Assembly (NCBI GenBank): GCA_027459725.1
Contig: DAIDHK010000006.1
Span: 1,895-65,894 of the forward strand
Source: Candidatus Levyibacteriota bacterium
GTDB lineage: Bacteria; Patescibacteriota; Microgenomatia; Levybacterales; UBA12049
Length of the DNA: 64,000 nt
Reading direction: 5' to 3'
Position numbers and translations under genes: made by a program. Positions 49,357 to 58,397 of the stretch are shown here, piece by piece. A model generated the notes under the pieces. It was not told the origin of the DNA, did no database searches, and saw nothing but the letters and a program-made list of their open reading frames with translations. Each line of letters begins with the position of its first letter. The first letter of the stretch is position 1.

Positions 49357-50373
49357 ATGTGGCAAGAACAAAACTCATTTATACCTAATGTCAGTGAATC
49401 TATTAATCCACGAACAGCATTATGGACTATAAATACACATCATGATATATCAGAGGTAATTGATCAACTGAGTAGTGATCTTAATAAAGTCAGCATTGTC
49501 GGATTTGATCTGGATGGTACAGTTTTAGGAAATGGAATAATTTTCCCGGGTAGTGGTATGGCATCTCTAAATGAAAAAGGTAAAAAGGTAACCATAGTTA
49601 GTGGTGCTGGGCCAGTGAGTATTAGAAAAAAAATAGTTGGAGCAGGACAGATTTTACGAGGAGATAAGAGGTTGGTGGAAATACCTTTTGCTGCTAACGA
49701 AGGATCTCAAATCTTTCATGCAGGAGCTTTAGATGGAGATCTAAGTCCAAATCATTTATTATATGAACAAGAAATCTCTTCACATGGAACGAGAGAGTTA
49801 TCAAGTTTTGCTCATGAATATCAAGATTTTGTTGACTTTTATGGTTTTTATCCCTCAGGTAGAACATCAGACCCTTTTAATTACGTTCTTTATACGAGAA
49901 GGGATTTGATGAGAGAAAAACTCATAGAAAAATATCCTAAATCAGTGATTACGGAAGATTTATTATACTTTTTAACTTTGTTAGAAGAACAAGGAGCATC
50001 TAAATTTATTGCTAAGTCTCAAAACGAGGATACTTTTAGAAAAGTTGATGCTTTTCATCATTTGCGTGGTGTAAATAACGAAGGGTTTTATAATATAGTA
50101 GACCGTGATGTTAATAAACTTACTGGATTGATTAAATTAGCAGGCTTGCATCATATGAGGACCGTTGCAAGTGAAGAATTAGCATATTTTGGTAATGACT
50201 GGAATGATAGAGAAGCACTGGTGGGGGCTAAGGTGGGATTTATAGTCGATTCAAAATCTACAATTAGAGATAGAATGGTCCCAGATTTATTGGCTTCTAA
50301 AAAAGGTGGACATCTTGTTGTACTTAATCCATCTTTAGTAAACGATTGCTTAACAGGAATTGCTAAGATATAA
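49357..50373 (+). CDS. HAD-superfamily hydrolase, Cof/IIB-like
   Basis: FDLDGT, VSG, NEGS, VNKLTG, YFGNDWND. Confidence 0.8.
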   Translation: MWQEQNSFIPNVSESINPRTALWTINTHHDISEVIDQLSSDLNKVSIVGFDLDGTVLGNGIIFPGSGMASLNEKGKKVTIVSGAGPVSIRKKIVGAGQILRGDKRLVEIPFAANEGSQIFHAGALDGDLSPNHLLYEQEISSHGTRELSSFAHEYQDFVDFYGFYPSGRTSDPFNYVLYTRRDLMREKLIEKYPKSVITEDLLYFLTLLEEQGASKFIAKSQNEDTFRKVDAFHHLRGVNNEGFYNIVDRDVNKLTGLIKLAGLHHMRTVASEELAYFGNDWNDREALVGAKVGFIVDSKSTIRDRMVPDLLASKKGGHLVVLNPSLVNDCLTGIAKI

Positions 50374-50380
50374 CTTAAAT

Positions 50381-51094
50381 ATGGCAAAACTTGAACAAAC
50401 TCTTTGGATTATTGATATTGATGGAACGATCATTAATGTGCATAAAAATCAAGTTCCTGCCTGGACAGAAGCACTACAACAGGCTTTTTCTATAACGCCT
50501 GATGAGTCGACTCTGGTGAGTTATTTCGGTAAACCATTTCAATCAGTTCTTAAAAATGTGGCGATGTATTATTCTATTTCAGAAAAAGAAATATCTAAAA
50601 AAGCGAAGTTTGCAGAAGAAATTTATGTCTCCTCAGTAAACAAACATTTGAAAAAGACAGGAGGTAGTATCCTGCCTGGAGCTGAAAACTTTCTGAGGTT
50701 ATTAGGAGAAAATGGAGCAAAAAGAGCCATTGCTACAGGTAATCCCCGACGTGAAGGTGAGTCTAAGCTTATATATTTTGACTTACTCAAATATTTCGAT
50801 ATTACTGTTTTTAGTGACAATCGGAAAGAGAGAATTGAAATGGTTGAGGAAGCAATTAAACAGGCAGAAAAGAAATATCATTTAAAATTAAGATCGCATC
50901 CGAAAAGAGTTGTTATTATAGGAGATTCTATTCATGATATTGAAAGCGCTAAGCTTATCTCTGCTTCAAGTATAGCAGTTACAACTGGTCATACTTCAAA
51001 ATATAAATTACAAATTGCTGGTGCTGATATGGTTCTCTCTGGTTTGAGCGATTTTTCATCAATTAAACAAAAGGTTGCATCACTAATAATTTAA
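50381..51094 (+). CDS. HAD-superfamily hydrolase, IA type
   Basis: IDIDGT, ILPGA, ATGN, IGDSIHDIESAK. Confidence 0.88.
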   Translation: MAKLEQTLWIIDIDGTIINVHKNQVPAWTEALQQAFSITPDESTLVSYFGKPFQSVLKNVAMYYSISEKEISKKAKFAEEIYVSSVNKHLKKTGGSILPGAENFLRLLGENGAKRAIATGNPRREGESKLIYFDLLKYFDITVFSDNRKERIEMVEEAIKQAEKKYHLKLRSHPKRVVIIGDSIHDIESAKLISASSIAVTTGHTSKYKLQIAGADMVLSGLSDFSSIKQKVASLII

Positions 51095-51119
51095 ATTTAC
51101 ATTCATAATTAGAATGACC

Positions 51120-51169
51120 CTGACATGAATCTGACATGTCTTGTAAGTTTCTCGTAACTTTTATACAAT
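51120..51169 (+). promoter_or_regulatory. Pho-box-like 11-bp-period direct repeats plus -10 TACAAT
   Basis: CTGACAT at 51120 and 51131; TGTAAGT at 51142 and CGTAACT at 51153; -10 at 51164. Confidence 0.65.
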
Positions 51170-51179
51170 TGATCATCGC

Positions 51180-52475
51180 ATGGTCATTGAAGCTACATAT
51201 CCTATTAATTTTCGCAAAGCTGATGCTGCAAGTTTGGGTGAACAAATCAAAAATAGACAATCAGTAGTTTTAATTGGTTTGAAAAGAGTAGGTATCAGTA
51301 ATTTTTTGCGATTTTTTCTCTACCATAAGGATATTCTCTCCACGTATTTAGGTGCAGAAGAAAATCATTTGTTTATTCCTGTTGACTTGCATGATTTAAT
51401 TGAAAGGGAGCTTTTCCCCTTTTGGGTACTTACTTTAAAACGTGTTTGCGATTCAGCCATGGAGTTGCCTCTGGACGATAAGGTCAAGAAACAAATTGAA
51501 TCACAATTCCTCAACAGTATACAAACCAGGAATACATTTATTGTTTTTGATTCTGTGCGCAGTGTGATTATGAAACTATGTGAGTTTGGTTACATGCCTA
51601 CTATTTTCTTCATTCGTTTTGATCGTATGGAGGATGTCATGAATCAAGAATTTTTCTCCAACATTCAAGGACTAAGAGATGCAACGCATCAGCGTTTGTC
51701 CTATGTTTTTACGAGTTTTAAAAGTCTGGATATTTTGTTTCCCGAAATATTTAATAAACAGGCTCTAAATGTGTTTGCTAAAAATATATATCTACAGCCA
51801 GCAGAGGCCAAAGATATTGAAATAATTTATGAGACATATAGTGCAAAATATACTAAGCGAGACTTAAACAAAATAAAGAAGGATTTACTTAATTTGACAG
51901 ATGGTTATGTTCAATTTCTTCAATTAGGGTTGATTGCTCTGCATGAAAAACAATATCCTAAACTTTTACCAGAGGAATTATATGATTTGTTGTTGAATGA
52001 CGAAAGATTTATGCTACAGTCGGAAGAGATTTGGGAAAGTCTGTTACATACCGAGCGTGAAATTCTTCACAAAGTTAGCAACAATGAAGAACTTACTAAT
52101 ATTGAAATGGAAGAAGCTAAATATTTATTTGAAACCGGTATAATAAGGAGGAACTCTAGCCAATTAGAAATTTTCAGCCCCTTATTTCAAGGCTACATCT
52201 CGAGTCTAAAAAATCATACAACTTTAAAGGATGATTCAATAGAATTTTCTAAGAAAGAAAACCAATTGTTAAATCTACTTCTACAATATAAAGAGAATAT
52301 TGTTGATAGAGATCAGATTATCGAATTGGTTTGGCCCGAAGTGGAGTCTTTTGGTGTGACAGACTGGGCGATAGATAGATTAGTCTCTCGATTACGGCGA
52401 AAATTAAGAATGCAAAGATCTAATTACAAGATCAGTACAATCCGCACCCGGGGATACAAACTGACTGTGGTATAG
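51180..52475 (+). CDS. Degenerate STAND/AAA NTPase fused to OmpR/PhoB winged-helix DNA-binding domain
   Basis: GLKRVGIS (Walker A without Lys), FFIRFD; C-terminal SKKE..LL, RDQIIELVW, AIDRLVSRLRRKL, TIRTRGY. Confidence 0.8.
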   Translation: MVIEATYPINFRKADAASLGEQIKNRQSVVLIGLKRVGISNFLRFFLYHKDILSTYLGAEENHLFIPVDLHDLIERELFPFWVLTLKRVCDSAMELPLDDKVKKQIESQFLNSIQTRNTFIVFDSVRSVIMKLCEFGYMPTIFFIRFDRMEDVMNQEFFSNIQGLRDATHQRLSYVFTSFKSLDILFPEIFNKQALNVFAKNIYLQPAEAKDIEIIYETYSAKYTKRDLNKIKKDLLNLTDGYVQFLQLGLIALHEKQYPKLLPEELYDLLLNDERFMLQSEEIWESLLHTEREILHKVSNNEELTNIEMEEAKYLFETGIIRRNSSQLEIFSPLFQGYISSLKNHTTLKDDSIEFSKKENQLLNLLLQYKENIVDRDQIIELVWPEVESFGVTDWAIDRLVSRLRRKLRMQRSNYKISTIRTRGYKLTVV

Positions 52476-52476
52476 T

Positions 52477-52920
52477 TTATCTGTTGATTGCCTTGTAAAC
52501 AGGAGAGAGCATTATGATAATTAGTTTTTCTATAAAAAAACTAAATAATACAAAACCAATAATCATTCCACTCACTGCGATTAGTTTATTTAAATTGGAG
52601 ATTTCATTGCCTTGCTCTCGGTGGTGGCGTAAATACACTCCATAAATGACTTGTACAAAGATTATCAATCCTAAAATACATAGATAGAACCAACTAAGCC
52701 AGTTCTTTTGGTTAGTTAAGGCTTTATCCAGAGCTGTGAGCTGGGGGACTACAAAAAAAACAAATACAAGAGTAAATAAAGTTTCAATACTAGATAGAAT
52801 AAAAATGGCTGAAGAATATTTCTCCATTTTTCCAACGGTAGTGCGGATTCTAAAAAAGGAAGTTCGTTTCAAAAGAGACGTTTTAGTAACATTATTAGAG
52901 GCATTTGTTGTATTCTCCAT
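52477..52920 (-). CDS. Hypothetical membrane protein (3 TM)
   Basis: 147-aa ORF with three hydrophobic segments. Confidence 0.65.
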   Translation of the reverse strand: MENTTNASNNVTKTSLLKRTSFFRIRTTVGKMEKYSSAIFILSSIETLFTLVFVFFVVPQLTALDKALTNQKNWLSWFYLCILGLIIFVQVIYGVYLRHHREQGNEISNLNKLIAVSGMIIGFVLFSFFIEKLIIIMLSPVYKAINR

Positions 52921-53110
52921 AATTTTATTACAAGAATATACTTTTATAGTTTAAGCGATAAATTAGAAATAGACAACTACATAAAGTTACTATTTTTAAG
53001 CAGAAAATAAAAATGTAAAAGAATAATTAAGGGACAAGAAAATTTAAACTATATTTTATCTTGTTATATCGAAGAAGTCATTAACTTTAAATTTTGAATG
53101 TTAGGTCAAG

Positions 53111-53194
53111 TGCCGGGAGAGGGACTCGAACCCACACAGCCATTATAGCCAGTAGTTTTTGAGACTACCGCGTATACCATTCCGCCATCCCGGC
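53111..53194 (-). tRNA. tRNA-Leu (CAA)
   Basis: GCCGGGA acceptor stem, TGGCGGAATGGTA D-arm, GTAGT-CTCAAAA-ACTAC anticodon arm, long variable arm, GGTTCGAGTCC; CCA not encoded. Confidence 0.95.
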
Positions 53195-53250
53195 ATTTGG
53201 TATATATTATATCAGAAATTAGCTTTATTTTTTATAATCTTGGTGCTAGA

Positions 53251-54765
53251 ATGACATCTATGCAGTTTGAGATCTCCCAAAAAGCTCCACAAGACATAAA
53301 TTCCGATATTTTAGCAATTTATAGCTTTCAAGATGAAGAAAAAAAAGCTGAATTAGTCTGGAATGATACACTTTTACAAATTGACAAGTATTTAAATGGA
53401 CAGTTATTAAACAATTGTCTTAATGAAGGCTTTCAGGGTAAGTGGGGTAGTATATTTAGCATGTTTACCCTAGGTATGATTATCCCGAAAAAAATAGCCA
53501 TTATAGGATTGGGGAAGAAAAGTGAATTTGTCTTAGAAGATCTGAGACAGACGACTGGTCAGTTTATTAAGTCCATAAATAAAAAAAATAAGACAATAGC
53601 TATAATTTTGCCAAGTGGGACACTAGAAAATAGTAAAGAACTGCTTGATTCAGTAGTCCAAAGTGTAGAGTTGGCTAACTACGAATTTGACAAGTACCAT
53701 ACACAAAAAGATGAACAAATTAAATTATCGAATGTTCTATTTATTTTAGAAAAAGGTAAGGAAATATCTCCTTTGAACAAACAAATTAGTCATTCTCGTT
53801 TATATTCTCAAGCTGCAGTTTTAGCACGAAATTTGGTTAATGAGCAGCCAACCATTGCTACTCCGCATTATTTAGCAGAGTTGGCTAAGAGTATCGCTAA
53901 AGATAGTACTGAGATTAGCTGCAAAGTGTTTGATCGAGTTCAAGCAGAAAAGATGGGCATGCATGCTTTTTTGGGTATTGCAAGAGCCTCTACTATAGAA
54001 CCTAAATTTATTTTTTTAGAATATAAACCAAAGGTCAGTAAAAGTAAAAAGAAATTAGCGTTGGTAGGTAAAGGTATTACATTTGATAGTGGAGGTATAA
54101 ATGTCAAACCAGGCAATCACATGCAAGATATGAAAATGGATATGGCAGGGGCTGCTTGTGTATTGGGAGTATTTTCCGTTATCGCGGAGATAAAACCAGG
54201 TTTTTCGGTTATTGGATGCATCGCTGCTACACCTAACTTAATTTCTGGTAACTCAATTGTCCCAGGAGATGTTGTTAAAGCCTATAATGGCAAAACCATT
54301 GAGATTTTAAATACTGATGCAGAAGGTCGAGTAACAATGGCAGACAGTCTGTCTTATGCTGTAGAGCAAGGGGCGACTGAAATTATTGATTTTGCAACTT
54401 TGACTGGTGCAGCTGTTGTTGCTCTGGGTACGGATATAGCAGCTATGTTCTCAAATAATAAGGATTTAGCTCAAAAAGTGAAAACAGCAGCTTATGAGGC
54501 TGGAGAAAAAGTGTGGGAGCTGCCGCTTGAAAAAACATACAAAAAGTTGAATAAAAGTGAAGTGGCTGATGTCGCAAATATTCCTAGTGGTCACTATGCA
54601 GGGACAATTGCAGCAGCATTGTTCTTACAAGAATTTGTGGACGATAAACCTTGGGTACATTTTGACATTGCTGGGCCAGCCTTTGCTGATACTTCCTCGG
54701 GATTGCACCCAAAGGGTGGAACTGGATTTGGTGTGACTACTGTGTTAAAATTGTTAGAAGTATAA
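53251..54765 (+). CDS. pepA: Leucyl aminopeptidase (M17)
   Basis: GKGITFDSGG, MKMDMAG, NTDAEGR, ATLTGA, HFDIAG; start 53251 or 53260. Confidence 0.96.
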   Translation: MTSMQFEISQKAPQDINSDILAIYSFQDEEKKAELVWNDTLLQIDKYLNGQLLNNCLNEGFQGKWGSIFSMFTLGMIIPKKIAIIGLGKKSEFVLEDLRQTTGQFIKSINKKNKTIAIILPSGTLENSKELLDSVVQSVELANYEFDKYHTQKDEQIKLSNVLFILEKGKEISPLNKQISHSRLYSQAAVLARNLVNEQPTIATPHYLAELAKSIAKDSTEISCKVFDRVQAEKMGMHAFLGIARASTIEPKFIFLEYKPKVSKSKKKLALVGKGITFDSGGINVKPGNHMQDMKMDMAGAACVLGVFSVIAEIKPGFSVIGCIAATPNLISGNSIVPGDVVKAYNGKTIEILNTDAEGRVTMADSLSYAVEQGATEIIDFATLTGAAVVALGTDIAAMFSNNKDLAQKVKTAAYEAGEKVWELPLEKTYKKLNKSEVADVANIPSGHYAGTIAAALFLQEFVDDKPWVHFDIAGPAFADTSSGLHPKGGTGFGVTTVLKLLEV

Positions 54766-54784
54766 GTCAGAAAGACAAAATTAT

Positions 54785-55339
54785 ATGATTGGAGTTACAG
54801 ATTTACGCGCCGGTACAACGTTTAAAGAAGATGGTAATTTATATCAGGTTGTCTCTTATGAGCATATCAAAATGGGACGCGGTTCTGCGAACATTAAAGT
54901 AAAAGTAAAGAATTTAAACAATGGTTCTACTATTGAAAAAAGTTATATTAATGGTGCAAAAGTTGATGATGTCACAGTAATAAAAAAAGATTTACAATTT
55001 TTGTACAAAGATGAAGATAGTGCATATTTCATGGACCCAAACACATATGAGCAAATACCGGTTAGTTTGAAAAGAATTGAAGGGAATGAGTATCTAAAAG
55101 AAGGAGAGAGTTTTACTGTGAGTTTTCTAGATGATGAGGCACTATCTGTTTTGTTCCCTCCAAAGATGGTGTTTAAAGTTATAGATACCGCTCCCGGTAT
55201 CAAAGGTAACTCAGCTACAAACGTTTTCAAAGACGCTGAATTGGAAAATGGTATTAAAACGAAAGTGCCTCTATTTATCAATATCGGAGAAGCAATCCGT
55301 ATTGATACCCGAACAGGAGCTTATACAGAAAAAGCATAA
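54785..55339 (+). CDS. efp: Elongation factor P
   Basis: HIKMGRG, QFLYKD, FMDPNTYEQ, VPLFI..GE.IRIDTRTG.Y. Confidence 0.96.
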   Translation: MIGVTDLRAGTTFKEDGNLYQVVSYEHIKMGRGSANIKVKVKNLNNGSTIEKSYINGAKVDDVTVIKKDLQFLYKDEDSAYFMDPNTYEQIPVSLKRIEGNEYLKEGESFTVSFLDDEALSVLFPPKMVFKVIDTAPGIKGNSATNVFKDAELENGIKTKVPLFINIGEAIRIDTRTGAYTEKA

Positions 55340-55427
55340 CTTCTTGATAATTTATATTTCATTTTTGTTTGTTTATTCCTGCTGGTGAGATTGAAATGAT
55401 GTTATAATATAATGGCGTGAATTTAAG

Positions 55428-56696
55428 ATGAAAAATCATATCTTTTTAGCCTTCAAGGAGAGATCTTTTCTATTTTTGTGGATTGGAGAGGTTTTCACGC
55501 AGTTAGCAGGGAATCTTTTTACTATTTATCTTGTCTTAACTACTTTTCCTCTAACCAAATCTAACACTGCGGTTTCAGGTGTTGTTTTGACATTTACTCT
55601 TCCGGCAATAATTTTCGGTGTCTTAGCTGGTACACTAGTCGATCGGTGGAATAAAAAAAATGTCTTAGTAATTACAAATATTTTACGTGCTCTGGCTGTG
55701 TTAATATTGGCTTTTGTTAATACTAATTTAATAGTGATCTATTTAGTATCTTTAATTGTCTCTTTGTTAACACAATTCTTCATTCCGGCTGAAACGCCTA
55801 TAATTCCGCAAATTGTTAAATCAGAACACTTGTACTCGGCCAATGCTTTATTTGGGTTAGCCATCAATGGTTCAATGCTGTTAGCTTATGTTATCTCAGG
55901 AGCTGTATTGGTGACGTTTGGTCCACAAGGTTCTTTATTCTCTTTCGCACTGTTGTTATTGTTGGGTTCACTGAGTATATTTTTTGTAAAATATCAGGTA
56001 AGGGAGGGGAATACCCCAAAAGTAGTTGCTAATTTAAACTGGCGAAAAGAATTGCGCAAAGCTTTTTTACTTTTAGTTAAAACTAAAAAAGCTTACAGTG
56101 CCTTATTCTTACTGGCTTTGACACAAACACTGGTCTTAATTTTAGCCACAATTACACCGGGTTATGCAACGGATGTTCTACATGTAGATATTAGTAAATT
56201 TCCTATAATTTTTGTTACACCAGCTGCCATAGGTATGTTTTTGGGTGCTTTAGTTTTGATCAATAAATTCCATAATGTCTCAAAAGAAAAGATAATTGTG
56301 ACAGGATTATTTTTATCAGGTATTTGTATGGTATTATTACCATTTGGTTCTTTGATTACTTCAAAGGAGTTTGTCTTGAATGTCAATCGTATGCTGCCTC
56401 ACTTTTTGATTATTAGTGATTTGCATATTGTGGTAGTCCTAGCTTTTATACTTGGTTTGGCAAATTCACTAGTGTTTGTACCTGCAAACACTATGCTTCA
56501 GGAAAGTGCTACAGATGACACGAGAGGTAAATTATATGGATTACTTAATTCTATAGTAGGTATCTTTTCCTTACTGCCTATTATTGCTGTAGGAGGGTTG
56601 TCAGATTTGTTAGGAGTGAAGAACGTTGTGCTGGGAATTGGGGTTTGTTTGCTATTCATAGGTCTGTATGAGTACATTTTGCAAAAAAGAGGATAA
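55428..56696 (+). CDS. MFS transporter (DHA3-like)
   Basis: AGTLVDRWNKK, FFIPAE..IIP, TMLQE....RGK.YG. Confidence 0.9.
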   Translation: MKNHIFLAFKERSFLFLWIGEVFTQLAGNLFTIYLVLTTFPLTKSNTAVSGVVLTFTLPAIIFGVLAGTLVDRWNKKNVLVITNILRALAVLILAFVNTNLIVIYLVSLIVSLLTQFFIPAETPIIPQIVKSEHLYSANALFGLAINGSMLLAYVISGAVLVTFGPQGSLFSFALLLLLGSLSIFFVKYQVREGNTPKVVANLNWRKELRKAFLLLVKTKKAYSALFLLALTQTLVLILATITPGYATDVLHVDISKFPIIFVTPAAIGMFLGALVLINKFHNVSKEKIIVTGLFLSGICMVLLPFGSLITSKEFVLNVNRMLPHFLIISDLHIVVVLAFILGLANSLVFVPANTMLQESATDDTRGKLYGLLNSIVGIFSLLPIIAVGGLSDLLGVKNVVLGIGVCLLFIGLYEYILQKRG

Positions 56697-56705
56697 AATA
56701 ATATT

Positions 56706-57398
56706 ATGACATGGTTTTTGATTTGTTTAATATTTTGTTATACAGTTTTTTTATACGATGTTTATCGTTTAGGTAAAGGTGATTTCGTACTCGACAGAAA
56801 GGATGTCCCTTTAGAGAGATTATTCAACTTTACCTTTATAACTACTTTGATGGCAATTTTCTTTGGAAGGTTGTCATATGTAGTTTTCTATGGTAATACT
56901 AGTTATTTAAATCCGCTGAAGTTTTTAGTCATACCTTATTATCCAGGATTAATTTTACCAGGAGGAATTGTAGGCGCCTTTGCTTATTTATGGTTTATAC
57001 ATAAAGGGAAAAAAGTCCCTAGTGGAAGGCTGATAGATTTTTATGCTACAGCACTACTTATGATTATGCCACTGGTTATGTTAAGTGAATTATTTCTTTT
57101 GCCAAATCAAGAGTATTGGCTGCAGGTTATATTAGCTGCAGTTTATCTATTAGTATTCTTGCTTTTTAATTATATCTTACTACCAAAAGTTGGCAGGGGA
57201 GAAATAAAGGATGGAACAATAGGACAAATATTTTTAGCTATTTTGTGTGTTGTCTCTTTTCTGCAAGATAGCTTTTTAATCCATAAAGGAATTTTTTATT
57301 TCTTGCGCTTAGAAGATATTTTTTACCTTCTAGTAACTTTCTTTGTGCTATTTATAGTCGTAAAACGTGAATTTATACCGAACAGAAGATCACGTTGA
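56706..57398 (+). CDS. Lgt-like membrane protein (degenerate)
   Basis: GRLSYV, GLILPGGIVG (cf. GxxxHGG), D...A.L; no HPxQLYE. Confidence 0.6.
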   Translation: MTWFLICLIFCYTVFLYDVYRLGKGDFVLDRKDVPLERLFNFTFITTLMAIFFGRLSYVVFYGNTSYLNPLKFLVIPYYPGLILPGGIVGAFAYLWFIHKGKKVPSGRLIDFYATALLMIMPLVMLSELFLLPNQEYWLQVILAAVYLLVFLLFNYILLPKVGRGEIKDGTIGQIFLAILCVVSFLQDSFLIHKGIFYFLRLEDIFYLLVTFFVLFIVVKREFIPNRRSR

Positions 57399-57404
57399 AT
57401 TAAT

Positions 57405-58178
57405 ATGCATCCCATTAAAATTATATTTGAAAATGAAGATTTGCTCGTTTTGGATAAACCAGCTGGGATAACGACTAATAGGTCAGAGACTACCAGGGAG
57501 CCTACAATTCAGGATTGGACTGAAGAAAAACTGCATATAAATAAGGATAAGATTTCTAGTGAAAAAATTGAAGATTATTCAAGCGATAAGTATTTTCAAC
57601 AAACTTTCTTACAACGTGGAGGTATCGTGCATCGTTTAGATAAGGAAACATCTGGTATATTATTAGTTTCCAAGAATTGGCAGTCTTTCAAGAATTTGCA
57701 GTCTCAATTTCATGATCGGGTAGTTTCCAAGACATACCTTGCTTTAGTGCATGGTATTTTAATTCCAAAAGCAGGAGAAATTTCAATTCCCGTAGATCGT
57801 TTGCCCTGGAATAGACATCGTTTTGGTGTTGTTCCTGGCGGCAGGCCCTCCGTTACAGTTTACCAAACACTAAATGTGTATAATTGGAAAAACAAAAAAA
57901 ATGAGCATCTATCTTTGGTTAAGTTATATCCTAAAACAGGAAGAACCCATCAAATCAGAGTACACTTAAAATATCTAAATCATCCGATTATCTCTGATAT
58001 GCTCTATGCTGGAAGAAAAACGAGCAGAGACGATCGTAGAGTCTTAGATAGAGTCTTTTTGCATGCAGCAGGTATTAAGTTCAAAGATCCAAGTAATGGT
58101 GAAGATGTTGAGTTCAAAAGTGAGTTGGCTTCTGAATTAAAAGAGTTTATGGACAAGCAGCTAGAACTTGAGAAGTAG
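57405..58178 (+). CDS. RluA family pseudouridine synthase
   Basis: DKPAG, GIVHRLDKETSG, KTYLALV, TGRTHQIRVH, FLHA. Confidence 0.95.
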   Translation: MHPIKIIFENEDLLVLDKPAGITTNRSETTREPTIQDWTEEKLHINKDKISSEKIEDYSSDKYFQQTFLQRGGIVHRLDKETSGILLVSKNWQSFKNLQSQFHDRVVSKTYLALVHGILIPKAGEISIPVDRLPWNRHRFGVVPGGRPSVTVYQTLNVYNWKNKKNEHLSLVKLYPKTGRTHQIRVHLKYLNHPIISDMLYAGRKTSRDDRRVLDRVFLHAAGIKFKDPSNGEDVEFKSELASELKEFMDKQLELEK

Positions 58179-58259
58179 GAAGGTTTGGTTTTGTTGATTA
58201 AGTTGGTTATAATATAATGGTATTAGCTTTAAACTAATACAGTAAACGGAGGTGAGATT

Positions 58260-58397
58260 ATGGCTGGTAACAATGGATTTTTTAAAGGTGAAAAGAAAAA
58301 AAAGAAAAAAGAATCTCTTAATAAACAATCATACGGTAGTAATGCTCCGACTTTTGTTTTGCCCAGATTAATTGAAAAGAAAAGAAAACCCGAGTAA
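58260..58397 (+). CDS. 45-aa Lys-rich small protein
   Basis: SD GGAGGTGA; MAGNNGFFKGEKKKKKKESLNKQSYGSNAPTFVLPRLIEKKRKPE; TAATG coupling to next gene. Confidence 0.8.
   Translation: MAGNNGFFKGEKKKKKKESLNKQSYGSNAPTFVLPRLIEKKRKPE

Noticed and set aside
48158-53194. Genomic island integrated at tRNA-Leu
   Set aside because: No duplicated tRNA 3' end and no adjacent integrase found
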